From Sphaeroforma arctica JP610 (taxonomy: Eukaryota), in contig NW_014040039.1 in NCBI RefSeq assembly GCF_001186125.1, positions 1 to 42,256 of the forward strand: a DNA stretch of 42,256 bases, written 5' to 3'. A program made the translations under genes and the position numbers. The notes under the pieces are model-generated. The model was not told the origin of the DNA. It did not search any database and saw nothing but the letters and a program-made list of their open reading frames with translations. Below are positions 24,170-37,299 of this stretch, piece after piece (position 1 is the first letter of the stretch; each line of letters begins with the position of its first letter).

Positions 24170-25840
24170 ACAAGCCGCCCTCAGGTTCGGCGTATCGGTG
24201 CGCCTGGGCGTTGTTTCTGGTGGCGCAGGCATCAATATAGAGTTATTTAGGGTTTATAGAATACTATTAATTTCAATCTGTATATATATTTTTATGTCTA
24301 CATGCATATCAGGCTTCATATTCGTTGGAAGGTGTATATTCGAAAAAGTTCATAACCTTCTTCCAATCAATACGATTGACCATCCATGCCTAACAAATAA
24401 TGCTGAATGGCGGGGGGTGAGCTAAAGAGACATTATCTTTGGCGGCCATTCGAATAGTGGTATCTCTGCTGCGGTGGCCGTTGTTCTTGTGGTACTCATC
24501 GTATGTTTGAGTGGTCACATGAGTGGATGGTGGAGTGGGAACTGCTAAAGACGGTATCTGACGGCGGGAGTATTCGTGACCTGGGTAGCAGCGACAGGGG
24601 GGGGGATTGAGAAGGGTCAGGTGACTTTCATTGCGTAGTAGGAGCGTGCCTGGGCCGGGATGAGAGTGGCGGACTTTGAAGCGTTTCGAAGTGCAGGAGA
24701 GAGAGTCGGGAGAGTATCATATGGGACATGATAGCCTCCGTGAACCTGCGGAATCTCGATGGATACGGAAGTTTGCGAGAGCTCGCATGCTGGACGTGAA
24801 GGGAGGTATTTAAGCTCGAAGCTACGATCCTGAAGACGGTTCTGGGGTACTAGGGGTCGCTTAAGGAATGTATCTAAGTAAGGCCCTGGCCAGGTATAAT
24901 ACCACGTAGTTTAATAATTAGCTCAGAGTCGCCGGCAAGAATGAGCGAAAAGGATCTACGTTCAAGACATCAATAGAGACCTAGCGGTGGTGTTGAGGTA
25001 TTTAACGGTGGCACCACCGTCAATAAGCATTTTGGCTATATTTACAGATTGTGTATGATCAACTGTAATTCGTGCTACACAAAGATAAAATATGTGTTTG
25101 ATAGCACGGCGTCCATAACAGACTGAGTTATGGCCTATGCAATTGTACGTTGTGCATCAAAAGAAGCCTGCATTACGGTTGCTATTGGTATGGCCTTTGG
25201 CGCCACAGCGTCCAGATGCGATGGGGGCAGTGAGAAGATCGGTGGTCGGCACGGCTTGGGGCTGCTGTCATACGGTGAGCTTGTGCATGTGATGCACGTT
25301 GAGTAGGTGTGAGGCGCTCCGGATTCGTATTATGCCACTCATATAGTAAGTCTCAGAGACAAATAGGTGTGAGAGAAGCACGCAGCTCTTTGCCAGTTGT
25401 GTATTGATGAGCTTATTCTTGGTTCTCTTGCGATAGATCAGTCAGGTAGCAGTCATTAATGAAGTTGGTAGTAAACGTAAGGCCCTGGAGTTCGGCATCG
25501 TCACGGAACTTTTTACGAGAGCCCAAACACGGGAATCTTCCTAAAGTCAAGTCCAACTTGGAAATTATGGAGATATGTCATGTTGATCGGCTGAGAAGGG
25601 CAGATAGATTCATGAAAGTAGGTTTGACGGATAATGTCGTAAAAAGTTCAGTGGTTGTACATCATGGTTTTTTTGCTGAGCGTTCTGAGGAGAACGTCGG
25701 AGAAGGATCTGAGTAGGAGATTTCGATTGGCACGAGGTAAGAGAAGGGCGGGCCCATTTGATGCGGGTATAGCCGGAGGCTGAATCTTCTGTTTATTCAC
25801 AAAATTAAAAAGAGACTTTAAATATAGAGCCCATAACCAA
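24170..25840 (-). mobile_element. Decayed LTR retrotransposon gag-protease relic, superfamily unresolved
   Basis: On the minus strand: degenerate double zinc knuckle GRCGAKGHTNSN..CTTYNCIGHNSVC (about 25220-25115), followed by the aspartic protease motif AKMLIDGGATVKYL (Asp codon at 25021-25019). Boundaries are approximate. Confidence 0.7.
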
Positions 25841-27415
25841 ACAGAGCCTGTATCTTTGTACTCTGAAGAATTGATCTTTATTTATGTTTGTATACTAAAC
25901 ATATACTAAAAGTGTGTATTTGTGCAACGTTCCTTTTTGTGCGTAAACAAGGGTGTGTGAGAGATAAGGTAATGAGGCGAGTGTAAGAAAACCCTAGTTG
26001 AGTTTCTACAGACTAAGTTGACGATGAGTCATGCTTGACAAAGTTGTAGTCTATAGATCGTGTTGAGCTTGCGCAACTTGATTACACCCTTAATAGGCAT
26101 AAAACGATCACAGTGCATGTTTTATGTTCGGGTTTGCTAAAATTGAAGAGTGTGCCGTATCATTGATTCAAATAATCCTCTGGAAGTACTACAGAACAAA
26201 ATGAAAAAGCATTGTTTACTCTTCAAGGTTCCTTTGTTGTCGAACTTCGGTGTTCGATATCTTGTGTACTTTTCGTACAGGGATCTATCATACGCGAGCT
26301 GAATTTGCAGCCAGTTTATTCTCGATGCAAGCAATGATAGAAGTGTGCCCGTACGAGTTTGTACTCGCAAGAGTTTTCCAGCCAGACAATCAATTGGTGA
26401 TTCTGTTTGAAAACAAACACGATTTAGGCCAAGGATCCTCGACTATCGGATCCGTTGCAATTTTGGAAGTTTTTCTTCTTCTCGAGTGATTGGGCTCCAG
26501 TAAGGACTAGTGAGCGACCGAATCTTTGCATACACATATGTACTTCCATCAACGGATACGAGAGTGTGATCGGTAGTTTAGATTTGTATAGTCCGAAGGA
26601 TTCGAGGTGATATAGAGATTATATACTACGCTCATTGTTTAGTTGGTATATAAGGAATTTACTGCTATTTGTTCATTTTGTCGACGCGTTTATTTCAATG
26701 AATATGATCTATATGACACAATTTGATCGTTTTCATATCTCAACCACTGCATTGCGATTTATCTTAAACAATTTATCAGCGACGTTTACATAAAATAATA
26801 GTGCAAAATTTTAGATACCTTCGTTCCTTGAAGCTAAATATGGAGTGGTATCATATCGGAACATATCTACCAAACGATATTACTAGAGAAATAAAACAGA
26901 TACGGCATACCCCACTAGTGCATATTTTCGGAAAGAGACAATTGTGCTTGTATAATAGACACTACATTGTTTGCACTGTAGTATAAGCGAGAAATTCTGC
27001 GGATGTATTATCTTTTATTTGTATTCATTTACATCGGGCTATCGGTGTTGACATGACACTTAGCTTCACCAATGATTTCATATTTCATTTATACTTATCA
27101 ATCTTAATTCACACTTCCTCTTCGTGGCAGATTCCATAATGCAATAATCTCAGGCTGCTCTCGCTTACAGGTTTTTATATTTCACATAGCAGCAATCAAC
27201 TGAAATGTGCAGCATGCCGTTGAAGGACACTGACTGATAACTCCACTTCGTAGACTCCTTCCATAAAGACGGTCTCTCATATATACAAATTCTTTTCGTT
27301 CTGCCCTCACTCTCACTGGTAAAGAGTATGCTTATTGCGGACAGTTCCGGCATCTTATCCGCCTAGTCAGTCCGCGTACTATGTCCAAAATCATCCAATA
27401 TTCCACACTGTCAGA

Positions 27416-30400
27416 TCACCTTGTACCTATGCTGTGCGCTTTGTCGGACGAGATGTTCTCCACTTTGGGATGCGCGGGTCCACTGACATTGTCGTTTTGT
27501 TCCTCGCTATTACTATCCGGGAGTCCATTGGAAGCCTCGGTTGGGGTCCCCTGCCCGTTAGCATTCAATGTGTTTTCTTTCTTCATACGCCTCATACGCT
27601 CTCTTCTAGCAAGTTCAGCCTTGTGAGCCAGGTACTGCTGTTTCAACTGCCTCATTCGCTCTTCTAAAGTCGACATCTCCAGTCCACCATCAGCTGTCCA
27701 TTGGACTACATGTGAATTAGAATATGCACTCAAATTAAAAAAATAAATGGGTATACTGTACATGTAGCAATTGAAAAAGTGATCTCATCGATCCAATGGC
27801 GAATTCTAGGCAGAAGTCGGAAAAACTCCAGTATCGCGCACCGCACAACGAACAGTCGCCCAGTAACAAGTGTAATAGTGAAAGACAACCTGGTGTTTCA
27901 TTTTCAATTGAACGAGAGTAACGCTACGTCGACACTTACGGTTTGGATGGATGGTGCTTTTCTCTACGGTATGCTTGACCTCATGTATCTGCTGGTTCGA
28001 AATTGTGATGCCGCCAGTATCCAACGTATGACGGACCTGAAGCGTTGAATGGAGAGAAGTCAGCTGTATTGCAAATCGTATAGAGTGCAGCTCTCGCGTG
28101 TAGCAACCAGCAGGACTAACGACTACATAGGTCAAACACAAACTTGCGAATAGTGTCAGTCGGAAATGCGATATACTGCAAGAGGCGCGCATTGCGAACT
28201 ACACTATGAAGCAGAAGCAAAAAAGAACCGTTATATTGCACTTCAAATTAACAGTACTTCCTGCGTAGACACATTTTTTGTCGGCGACACATACCTTGAA
28301 CTCCTCCTTTGTAAGCGTCATGCCGTCGCCCATTTCCTGCTTGTGTGTTGTTGTGGAAGTATATACTGTATAGGATGAGCCCGAGGCTCCCTTCTGTTCG
28401 TCAGCCTCCCTGCCTTCCCCCCTCCCTTCGCCACCATCTGCACACTGTTCACCATCTGGCGCACTCTCAGTTTTGCGCGATCTCCTTACATTTCCATCGC
28501 AAGTCTCACCCTGCCTTCCAATGTTATTCTTTGTATCGCTCCCGTGCTCGCTTTCAGAGTCCTCGGCACGAGCTTGATTTGAGGCGGTGGCCTTGCTCTT
28601 CTGCACACTAACTCCGACAGCTACATCGGCCTCACGCGCAGTCGGATTGTCCCGTTGGTCGTCACTAACCAAGCCCACCGATTCCTGCGTCGCATCGTCA
28701 TTAGTGTACTGTTGGCCATCAACCGTAGCTGCAGCTACATCATCGGTAGCTGCAGGTAGATCAACCGTAGCTGCAGATAGATCATCTGTAGCTGCAGGTA
28801 CATCAACCGTAACTTCAGCTACATCATCTGTAGTTGTAGTTACATCAACCGTAGCTTCAGCTACATCATCTGTCGTTGTAGTTACATCAGCCGTAGCTTC
28901 AGCTACATCATCTGTAGTTGAAGTTACATCATCCGTAGCTGTAGATACATCATCCGTAGCTGTAGATACATCCTCCGTAGCTATAGATACATCATCCGTA
29001 GCTCTAGATACATCATCCGCAGCTGCAGCTATACCATCCGTAGTTGCAGCTAAATTATCCGTAGGTGCAGTTACATCATCCGCAGCTGCAGTTACATCAT
29101 CCGTAGGTGTAGTTACATCATCCGTAGCTGCAGCTACATCATCCGTAGGTGCAGTTACATCATCCGTAGCTGCAGTTGCATCATCCGTAGGTGCAGTTGC
29201 ATCATCCGTAGCTGCAATTACATCGTCCGTAGGTGCAGTTACATCATCCACAGCTGCATTTACATCATCCGCAGCTGCAGTTACATCATCCGTAGGTGTA
29301 GTTACATCATCCGTAGGTGCAGCTACATCATCCGTAGGTGCAGTTACATCATCCGTAGCTGCAATTACATCGTCAGTAGCTGCAGTTACATCATCCACAG
29401 CTGCATTTACATCATCCGTAGCTGCAGCTACATCATTCGCAGTTGCAGCTACATCATCCGTGTCTTGTTTCGAACCAATTTGTAGCGAGAAATTCCAGTC
29501 TGTTTTCGACTTTGTCCCAAGCGCTGGCACATTCGAATCGGTCCTCACAACTTTCGCAAGCGTGGAATTTGCGCCTGCTTTCACATCAATCATCCCCTCG
29601 GCATCACCTTCTGAATGAGTGCTCGAGTTGTCTGCCACACCTAGTTGCGCATCTACTGGCTCGACTTTGGATGTAACTGGGGAAGTGATACTCTTGGACT
29701 TCCCAATTCTTTGACCAATGTCCAACTCAAGTGGAACATCTCTAGAGGGGCTCTTAGCCATATCCAGCTCAGCACTATTTTTCGAATTCAACGATTCCGC
29801 CTCAAATGGGGATTCAAGAGCATTCTCAACAGCACTATTTTTCGAATCCAACGATTCCGCCTCAAATGGGGATTCAAGAGCATTCTCAACAGCACTAAGA
29901 TTGTTCGCGTCTGGATTCCTAACCGCATCCTCTCTTATCACCTCAGGATCGCTATTTCCGCAGACAGGGATGTCGGAATAGTCATCAGCCCCCCGCACCT
30001 CGCTCAAGCAAACGCCCTCGGAGAGCTCCTTTTCGCTTGCATTCGCAGCAGTATCATCTCCTACAGGAGAAAAACGTGCACGCTTGCGCGTTTCACCGAG
30101 TACTATATCTTGGACATCGTCCGCCTCAGAATTTTGCGTATCGATGGTTGACACTAGCTCGCCCAACAGACGTGCAGAATCCGGGCTGGTCAGCTCCACA
30201 GCAACATAAGTCTTGCGGGGACCTCTTTTACGGCCTTTCCGGCCACGAGGTCGCCGAATCACCGAGCGAGTCATGTCATCCATTTCTGGAGATATATATT
30301 TATCATTCGTGTCTTCATGTACTAATGGATTAGTGGTATAGCTAGAAGCGGAGGTTTGCGCGCCTGCTGTCTCAGTGTCAGTGTTGATAGCGAGTTCGAC

Positions 30401-31780
30401 ACCGTTGCTACCTTTCGGGATTACTTCTTGAGCAGATGATTCCTTACCCTATGAAGAGAAGGGTGACAGTAACAGTATCAGGATAAGCATCTACTTTGTA
30501 TATGTGTTACATGATTAAACCGCATAAAAAGGTGAAAGTTTAGTAATTCATTTTGAATAAAACAAACCGGACACACTGGGTATAGTGATATAAAATTCTC
30601 CTGCCATATAGGATGAAAAATCTATAAAAAGGGAAACTAAATTTGAAAGTACCTGAGCTTTCGGCGTTCCTTCCGCGTATTTCCGTTTCCTACGCTTTGA
30701 CGGCGTCCTGACAGGGAGTGTGTCCTGTCGAATATACATAGGATAGGGTTACACACTTAGCATGGTGTTCGGTACTTCTGTAGCGATATTGTAGCGATAC
30801 AAGTGCGATTGTTGATGTGTCCCAGCAAATTATCATGAGTACACGACACATCGAATAGCATACCGTCAAGCACACTTTGCACCATACATATAATCAATTA
30901 ACTAAGATGTGTACTACATGTGTGTGTGTAACATCTATTAATGAAGTCAGTTCAATAGATGAGTAAAGTATTGAATTATGGTTGAGCGGTCACCACCTCG
31001 AAACATACTACAAATACCATGGAGCACGTACCTCATCCATTGATACCTCGCCTAGCCCTTTACTTGCAGCATCTTGTGTGTCTCCGATATTATTTTCAGT
31101 GGCAATGTGTCCCATCTGCTCCTTATCGCTAAGACTTTCACAAGCTTCGCTTGGAACATCTAACTGTCCCTGGGTCCCTTCCACCTTCACATTCGCAGAG
31201 ACCTTTTGACTAGTATTCGGATCCCGCTCTGTATTTTTAGCCTTTCTGACTCCCTCGGTACTAGCCCGCTTCTCGCTACTATTCCGGTCAAATTTGCTAC
31301 CCGCAACGCTGGCTCCCTTCTCGCCCGTTCCCATGCCTGCATCCTGTCCAGGACGCCTGATTGTATCCTCCTCGTGAATAGTACTCTCTGCATCGCTGGT
31401 AACATCCTCCAGACACACACGCACACCCACGCTCTTCTCCTCCTTAGCCCCCGAAATCACATTCTCTGAATCCCCTGACTCACTTTTGCGATCCACATCA
31501 TGATCAACACTGTCACTGCTGACGCTCTTTGACAGTGCTGGGGGGTTGTCTACTGTACTCGTGTCTTTTGCAGACTCTTCACTCGTGGCACTGCTCACAG
31601 AAGCCGCACGCACCTGGCTATCTTGCTTACGGGCTCGCACCGCGGGTCTTGCATCGGGATTGGTGTCAAATACATGTTCTTCCTGGATCCATTCGTCATA
31701 TCTAGAAAGCGAGTATGTACAGCAAAAGAGAAATAGCCGAATGAGCTATGATGTAGCTGACCTGGACATCCGGGAACCGC

Positions 31781-31811
<31 letters not shown>

Positions 31812-34574
31812 TAAATACAGATAAGCCTGACCAGGATAAACAATGGCGTTAACAAACTATCATACTACACATTAAAGTTAAAAAAAAATCAAAGACCGGC
31901 TAATCGAGAACGTTCAAACTTGTTCAAACACGTCAGGTCAAAGGGGTATAAATAATTGCGCAATCTTTGGGCTCCAAATGCGAGCCATACCCACCTGTCA
32001 GTTGACCACATGATGTAGTGGATTTTGTAGTGGGGAGTGGGTTGATTCCTGTAGCTGTTGCTTGCCTGAGCTCTCTGTTGCCTCCTCCTATCTCTGGCAT
32101 TGGACATCAGCTTTCTATCCGTAACCTTAGCCTCATATACCCGTCCATCCACATAAGACATCGCCCACACGTGCGCATTCTTCTTAAACTTCCATTGGTT
32201 CGTGTACAAGGCCTCCATCTCCAACGGCGTAGGCGTAACGGGCCGTTCCGATGCCCCGCGGTATTTGCAGCCCTTCTTCGCACGCTTCTCCCCGTCTCGA
32301 CCATCCACATCCACCGCACTTGCACTCACACTCACGCGCCTGGGCACTTTCCGTCGACGTACGCGCGGCTTAGTCTTCTCCCTATTCACGGTGTACTCAT
32401 CCTCATCTTCTCCATCCATATTCTCTGTGTCTGCTCCTTCCACGAGCGTGTCGCGGGTGTCCAAGCACTGTTTCTTCGACCATGTACCACTCGTAGACTC
32501 TGTGCGCCGCTTCCTGCCCTTCGCCTTGCGCCCGCGCTTGGCCTGCAGATGATCACCATCGCTGTCGACGGCTTCGCTCTCATCCTCGTGGGAGTGCCTG
32601 CCCTCACTCTCTTCTGAATCCGAGTGGTAGTCGGCCTGTCGTTTCTTCAGCGGCACAAAATTGGGCCAGCGCAGAGAGACATCCAATTTATTTGTTTCCA
32701 GGAAGTCGATGGCCGCAACAATCTCGGGCTCATTCTGAAAGCCACGTGACTGCTTGCAGAAGAGGCGAAAGAGGGGTATCTCTGTGCTGAACCTCCGCAA
32801 ACACGCCTCAGGTACCGCACCGTACACTCCATCTCTGAAGTATCGGACCACACAATTGCCGCTACTTAAACTTTCCACACCCATCGACACCGGGTCTACG
32901 CAGGCAAACGGTACAACCAAAGCGGTGTACCAGTACGGTGCCGAGTGGTTGCTCAACGGCTCCACAAACACTGCCATACCCGCCAGCCGTGTGGTACGTA
33001 ACTTGAACGCATCACTTACGACATTAGCGATGGAGACTGTACGTGACACAGCCAAGCCCTCACCATCCTTGAGGCCATTGGCTCTCAGATTACTCAGCGA
33101 GTTAGGCGCGGTCATACTGATGCGTGGTCGCCCCTTTGACTTCGTATCGGATGAGACCCCACTCGCACTGACAGTGCGCGAGCGTTGTCTTGTCGACGAG
33201 GAAACGGTACTGGCGCTGCGCTCACTTGCTCTGTGGTGTAGGTATGAGAAACGATGTTAACAAATTCGAATCGTACTATTGACGGTACATCGTAGTCGAA
33301 ATGGCCATCGTATACTCATACAGGAAAGTGGACAATGGACGCGGAAAAAAATTGCGAAGTACCGCACGCTACTAAGCCAACAACCGAATTGCCTGCAAAA
33401 TGAATATGCGAGAGAGACAAAGGTAAGCATTCGACTGTCACGTTGCACATTACCTGTTAATAGCGTGCCTATCTCTCCGTGCCATCCTTGCTGGTGATTT
33501 TGGTGTGAGACTGCCCTCATCGTAAAAACCAGGATACATTGGACTGCTGGGCACCTTTCGCCTAACAAACAAGCAATGCAAACGAGAAAATTGAGTAAAC
33601 GAAGACAGCCGCGTCATGAACCTCATGTATACTTGATGCTCAATGATGCGTATTTCAGTGACTATGCTATCAATTCCACGTCGTATAAGGATACCATTTC
33701 ACCCCAGATAGACAAAGCCAACAGCGCTCAACAGCTCCGGGTCGCAAGCTCAATTTGTACTTATGGCAACGGGATGCTTACCTTGATGCACGCGTGGGCA
33801 GTGCAGCGAACTTCTCCGGATCCATCAGAGGCAAACTTTCTATAGTTGTGTCGTTCGTGAAATAGGCACGTCCTTTAGGCCTGATATTATTTCTGTGTAA
33901 GGAGATTGGCGGAGATTGATAGTTACAAGACAATACATGCATAGAATTTAGAAATGAGAACCGCAAGGCTATGGACTGATTGAACCACAAAACCTTAATA
34001 ATCGCAGACAGAATATGGTTTCACATCGTAACACACACCTGCGAAGTTGCCTCCGAGTTCCAGATTGTGATATGTATGAGGAAGTATGTATCATAAACAA
34101 AACTCAAATCAAAAGATATATAAATATAAACTACCGCAAATGTAATGGAATGATACACTAAGCACTACTCTAAGCAGGGGCGTGTTTATACACTAAATAC
34201 AGAAAGGTACGAGCGAACACGCACGAGTATATACCCAAAAACGTACCAGTGTATATATGTGCCCTTTTACTAGTCTATATATGCCAATGTCAACATAAGC
34301 ATGAGCAAAACAACAACAACCCACGAATGTATGCGGACGAAAGAAAAAATACACAAAATATATACAAATTAATACACACACTCCCACGCATATACAATAT
34401 ACACACACACAAACACACACACATAAAATAGATATATACATACACATACACTCACAGATATACATACATACATACATACATATATATATATATAAATATA
34501 TTCATGCGTGTATATGTATACACATGCTTTTATTTGGAGGGTTGCAAAACAAAAACAAATATATATATACATAC

Positions 34575-34615
<41 letters not shown>

Positions 34616-36218
34616 CATACGTATATATATAACACAAACGCAAACGTATACAAAATATATGTACAAAATCATCCACTCAGATATGTATATTCGAATAAAA
34701 TATATATATACATTTGTGTACACACAAAATCGATACAAAATCACAGATATGTATACTGATACATACATAGAGATATAAGCATGCATTGGCATATACAAAC
34801 GGTCATATGAATTGTTAAGCACACAAAGTTACAAAAGAACAAACACGGATTATATATGAATACGCACCAGCAGAATCTACATACTTCTCTTATTGATATA
34901 TGTACATATAAACTTATACTTTAATTGCAGACAAACAGACGTGCACATACACACAAGCACACTTAATATACACATACATGCATAAAAACACACAAAAACC
35001 CAAACACACATATGCATATACATAGAATCACATACATGTATATGACGATAATATATATATACATATATAAATTAAGTATATGTCTATGTCTATGTCCATG
35101 TCCATGGGTGGTCCCTCGTCTATATATATATATATATATATGCACACAAACACACACATATATATACACATTCACTAAACCCTAAAACAGGGAGATACAG
35201 GCGAATGTATATATGCACATCGAAATATACGTCATGAGAGTACATATTTAAGTGGTAACATAGACCTCGAAAGCATAAGTAACCAGCAACGTAAAACACC
35301 CAGTATCTAGCATATAGGTATTGCCATCAGAGCATCAAATCTCAAAAAAATAAGCACAAATGGAGGCAGGAACTCAAAAATAGCTCAATCTAGACATTGA
35401 TCCATATCATGTATAAACATAAGTATCCTTACATGAGTACATAGGTACATACAATTGAACACACCATATATATATATATATACATACCTACATAGATATA
35501 CAGATATATATTAATATATAGACGGTGCCATACATACATACATACAACATAAGTACATATGTACACACACACAAGAATAGGAATACATCTATTTGCATAT
35601 AAAATCGCTAAACGACATGAAAATAACTGTGGTGTGTTCAATCTTTCACTTGCGCAAAATATGTGCAAAAATGAACACAGACAGAACCACAATTATAAAA
35701 AATATAAATGACAAAAGTATCCCAATATACACAAATGATACAATGTCACATTTATTCAGCAAATTATGTAAAAAAACTATGTATATATTAAATATAATAC
35801 AATCAAGTGAACACACAGTCGCACTCGCAGAAAGCGTCCCTTTCTGCACACATTCGTGCAACGAGACGGCATGTACGGAAAAAATCTACAACAACAAAGT
35901 ACACACATACCGTTTCAAGTTCTTCAAATCGCCGTCGTCAAACTCAACCTCATACACGCTTTTATCTACAATGCGCGTGATCACACAGTCATCGAACTGT
36001 CCTCTGGCTGAACCAGTAGGGCCTTGTACCAGTCCGCCCAACACTACATTGCCTCTGAGTTCTTTCAATGGAACCACCCGCGATGACACCGACTTGTCGG
36101 TAAAGTTCACGTGCACTTGCACTTCATTGCTCGATGAGCGCACCACGGCTTCACAGAAAGCGCCGCGAAACTTCGCACTCACTTCTTGGCCGACTGGCAA
36201 AGGGCCTTCACAGTCCAT
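27416..36218 (-). CDS. ARID4: ARID4/RBBP1-like chromatin protein (tandem Tudor, RBB1NT/PWWP-like, chromobarrel, C-terminal coiled coil); no ARID domain seen
   Basis: Exons: 36218-35911, [unresolved short exon(s)], 33839-33782, 33561-33454, 33230-31995, 31701-31032, 30724-30653, 30448-28295, 28036-27940, 27693-27416. All junctions from 33839 onward are GT-AG and phase-compatible. [16 protein letters not shown]...[15 protein letters not shown] and [11 protein letters not shown] match the ARID4A N-terminus (VGTDVSAKYRGAFCEA...YTVVFDDGDERTLRR...DQLPLTNPEHF). [15 protein letters not shown] is RBB1NT-like; YEAKV...[17 protein letters not shown] is a chromobarrel; [27 protein letters not shown] resembles the ARID4 C-terminal coil. 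Confidence 0.85.
28724..29458 (-). repeat. Coding minisatellite: 35 x 21 bp, encoding a DDVTAAT-like heptapeptide
   Basis: 35 consecutive in-frame units counted ([28 protein letters not shown] ... DDVAAAT) within ARID4-like exon 30448-28295. Confidence 0.95.
29770..29897 (-). repeat. Coding 60-bp tandem duplication (about 2.1 copies)
   Basis: [20 protein letters not shown] followed by [20 protein letters not shown]; the copies differ at one nucleotide. Confidence 0.95.
34360..35170. repeat. (TA)n/(CA)n microsatellite-rich intronic DNA
   Basis: Dense tatata/cacaca tracts in the first intron region of the ARID4-like gene. Confidence 0.9.
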
Positions 36219-37014
36219 TATTGTCACGTCTGTGTCTATGTGTACTGTTGTCTTATGTGTGTTATGCAAATGAGCACTGTTCTTATTGTCAGCTACTATG
36301 TATTTATTGCACACAGAAACCTGTCTGATGTATCTATCTCCTACACCATATCCTGCGAAGTACCAGCACGTTTACGTGTATGTCCTCAACCAGGAATTCA
36401 GCCATATGAGAACTGAACACGAGGTACCGTAGCACTGCTATATGCTATAAAAACCTATGCATGTATGAAGGGCTAATAACCTTGACGTGTATATAATCAG
36501 TCGCAAACGTGGGTGTAACTTAAATTTGGACGTGAGAACAATACGTCGACACGCCAAATAGGCGTCGCACATGGGCTAGCTCATAGATGACGGGCAGCGG
36601 ACCACTCCGAAGGTATAGTCGATAAATATATATATACTCCTATGCGGGGATTAATGTATACTCTTCCGTGTGTCCGGGGTGCTTAGTTAGCGCTTCTGAT
36701 TGAGTAGGAAGTGCTTCGTCGTGAGGTACTGCTACCATATACATATACTGCGTGTCGTATATGGCCTGTCTTCCCAGTATACTACAACAAGAATATTGAT
36801 CAACTCTTTCTCACAGTTACAAGACTAGTCAACTGGAGTATCACACGTAATCCACAAACATTCCCTATATAAAAGAAATATATTGTGCGGAGACGACTAC
36901 CTATATAGAGTATAAACACCAGAGAATTGCAGGGAGTGGTCCATATTGCGATTTAAATAACCGTACATACGTAACTTTTCAGCCTGTTCACTGTCTGATG
37001 ATCTGAAATTTGAT

Positions 37015-37299
37015 CACAGTGATCGGCCCAAAATTAAAAACTATTTTAATAAAATACAGAGTACATTTACTACACAAAGTTAAAATTTTGCTCTCTGGGT
37101 GGTCGTGCCTGAGGGAGTGACGGGACCGTCATTAGTTTGTTTTTGGTATTTAATTTGGATTATTTTACTGTATGTAGTCTTGTACTGTGTTTATGTTTAA
37201 TACTGTCTTGGATATTTACAAAGTCTTTTATTCAGTAGGGGATACAAATTGTATGTTTTTATTTAGAAATTTGAGGGCCAAAAACAATGACACACTGTG
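37015..37299. mobile_element. Possible MITE or fold-back element with CACAGTG...CACTGTG ends
   Basis: Terminal heptamers at 37015-37021 and 37293-37299, a subterminal ggccc..aaatt match on both ends, and an inner imperfect inverted repeat (37049-37087 versus 37161-37194). No target-site duplication is visible. Confidence 0.35.

Noticed and set aside
28724..29458. Resemblance of the 21-bp array to a CRISPR array or to (Ala-Ala-Thr)n antifreeze glycoprotein
   Set aside because: There are no unique spacers or cas genes and the context is eukaryotic. The period is 7 aa, not 3, and the host protein has nuclear chromatin domains with no signal peptide.
28587..29618. 343-aa plus-strand ORF rich in TSSVAA repeats
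   Set aside because: Antisense shadow of the 21-bp coding repeat in the ARID4-like exon; the repeat lacks stops on that strand.
32018..33260. Plus-strand ORFs of 116-199 aa
   Set aside because: Antisense to the well-supported ARID4-like exon, with no motifs of their own.
34193..35692. Many short Y/I/C/V-rich ORFs (also at 38431-39100 and 41328-42256)
   Set aside because: Translations of (TA)n/(CA)n microsatellites inside introns.
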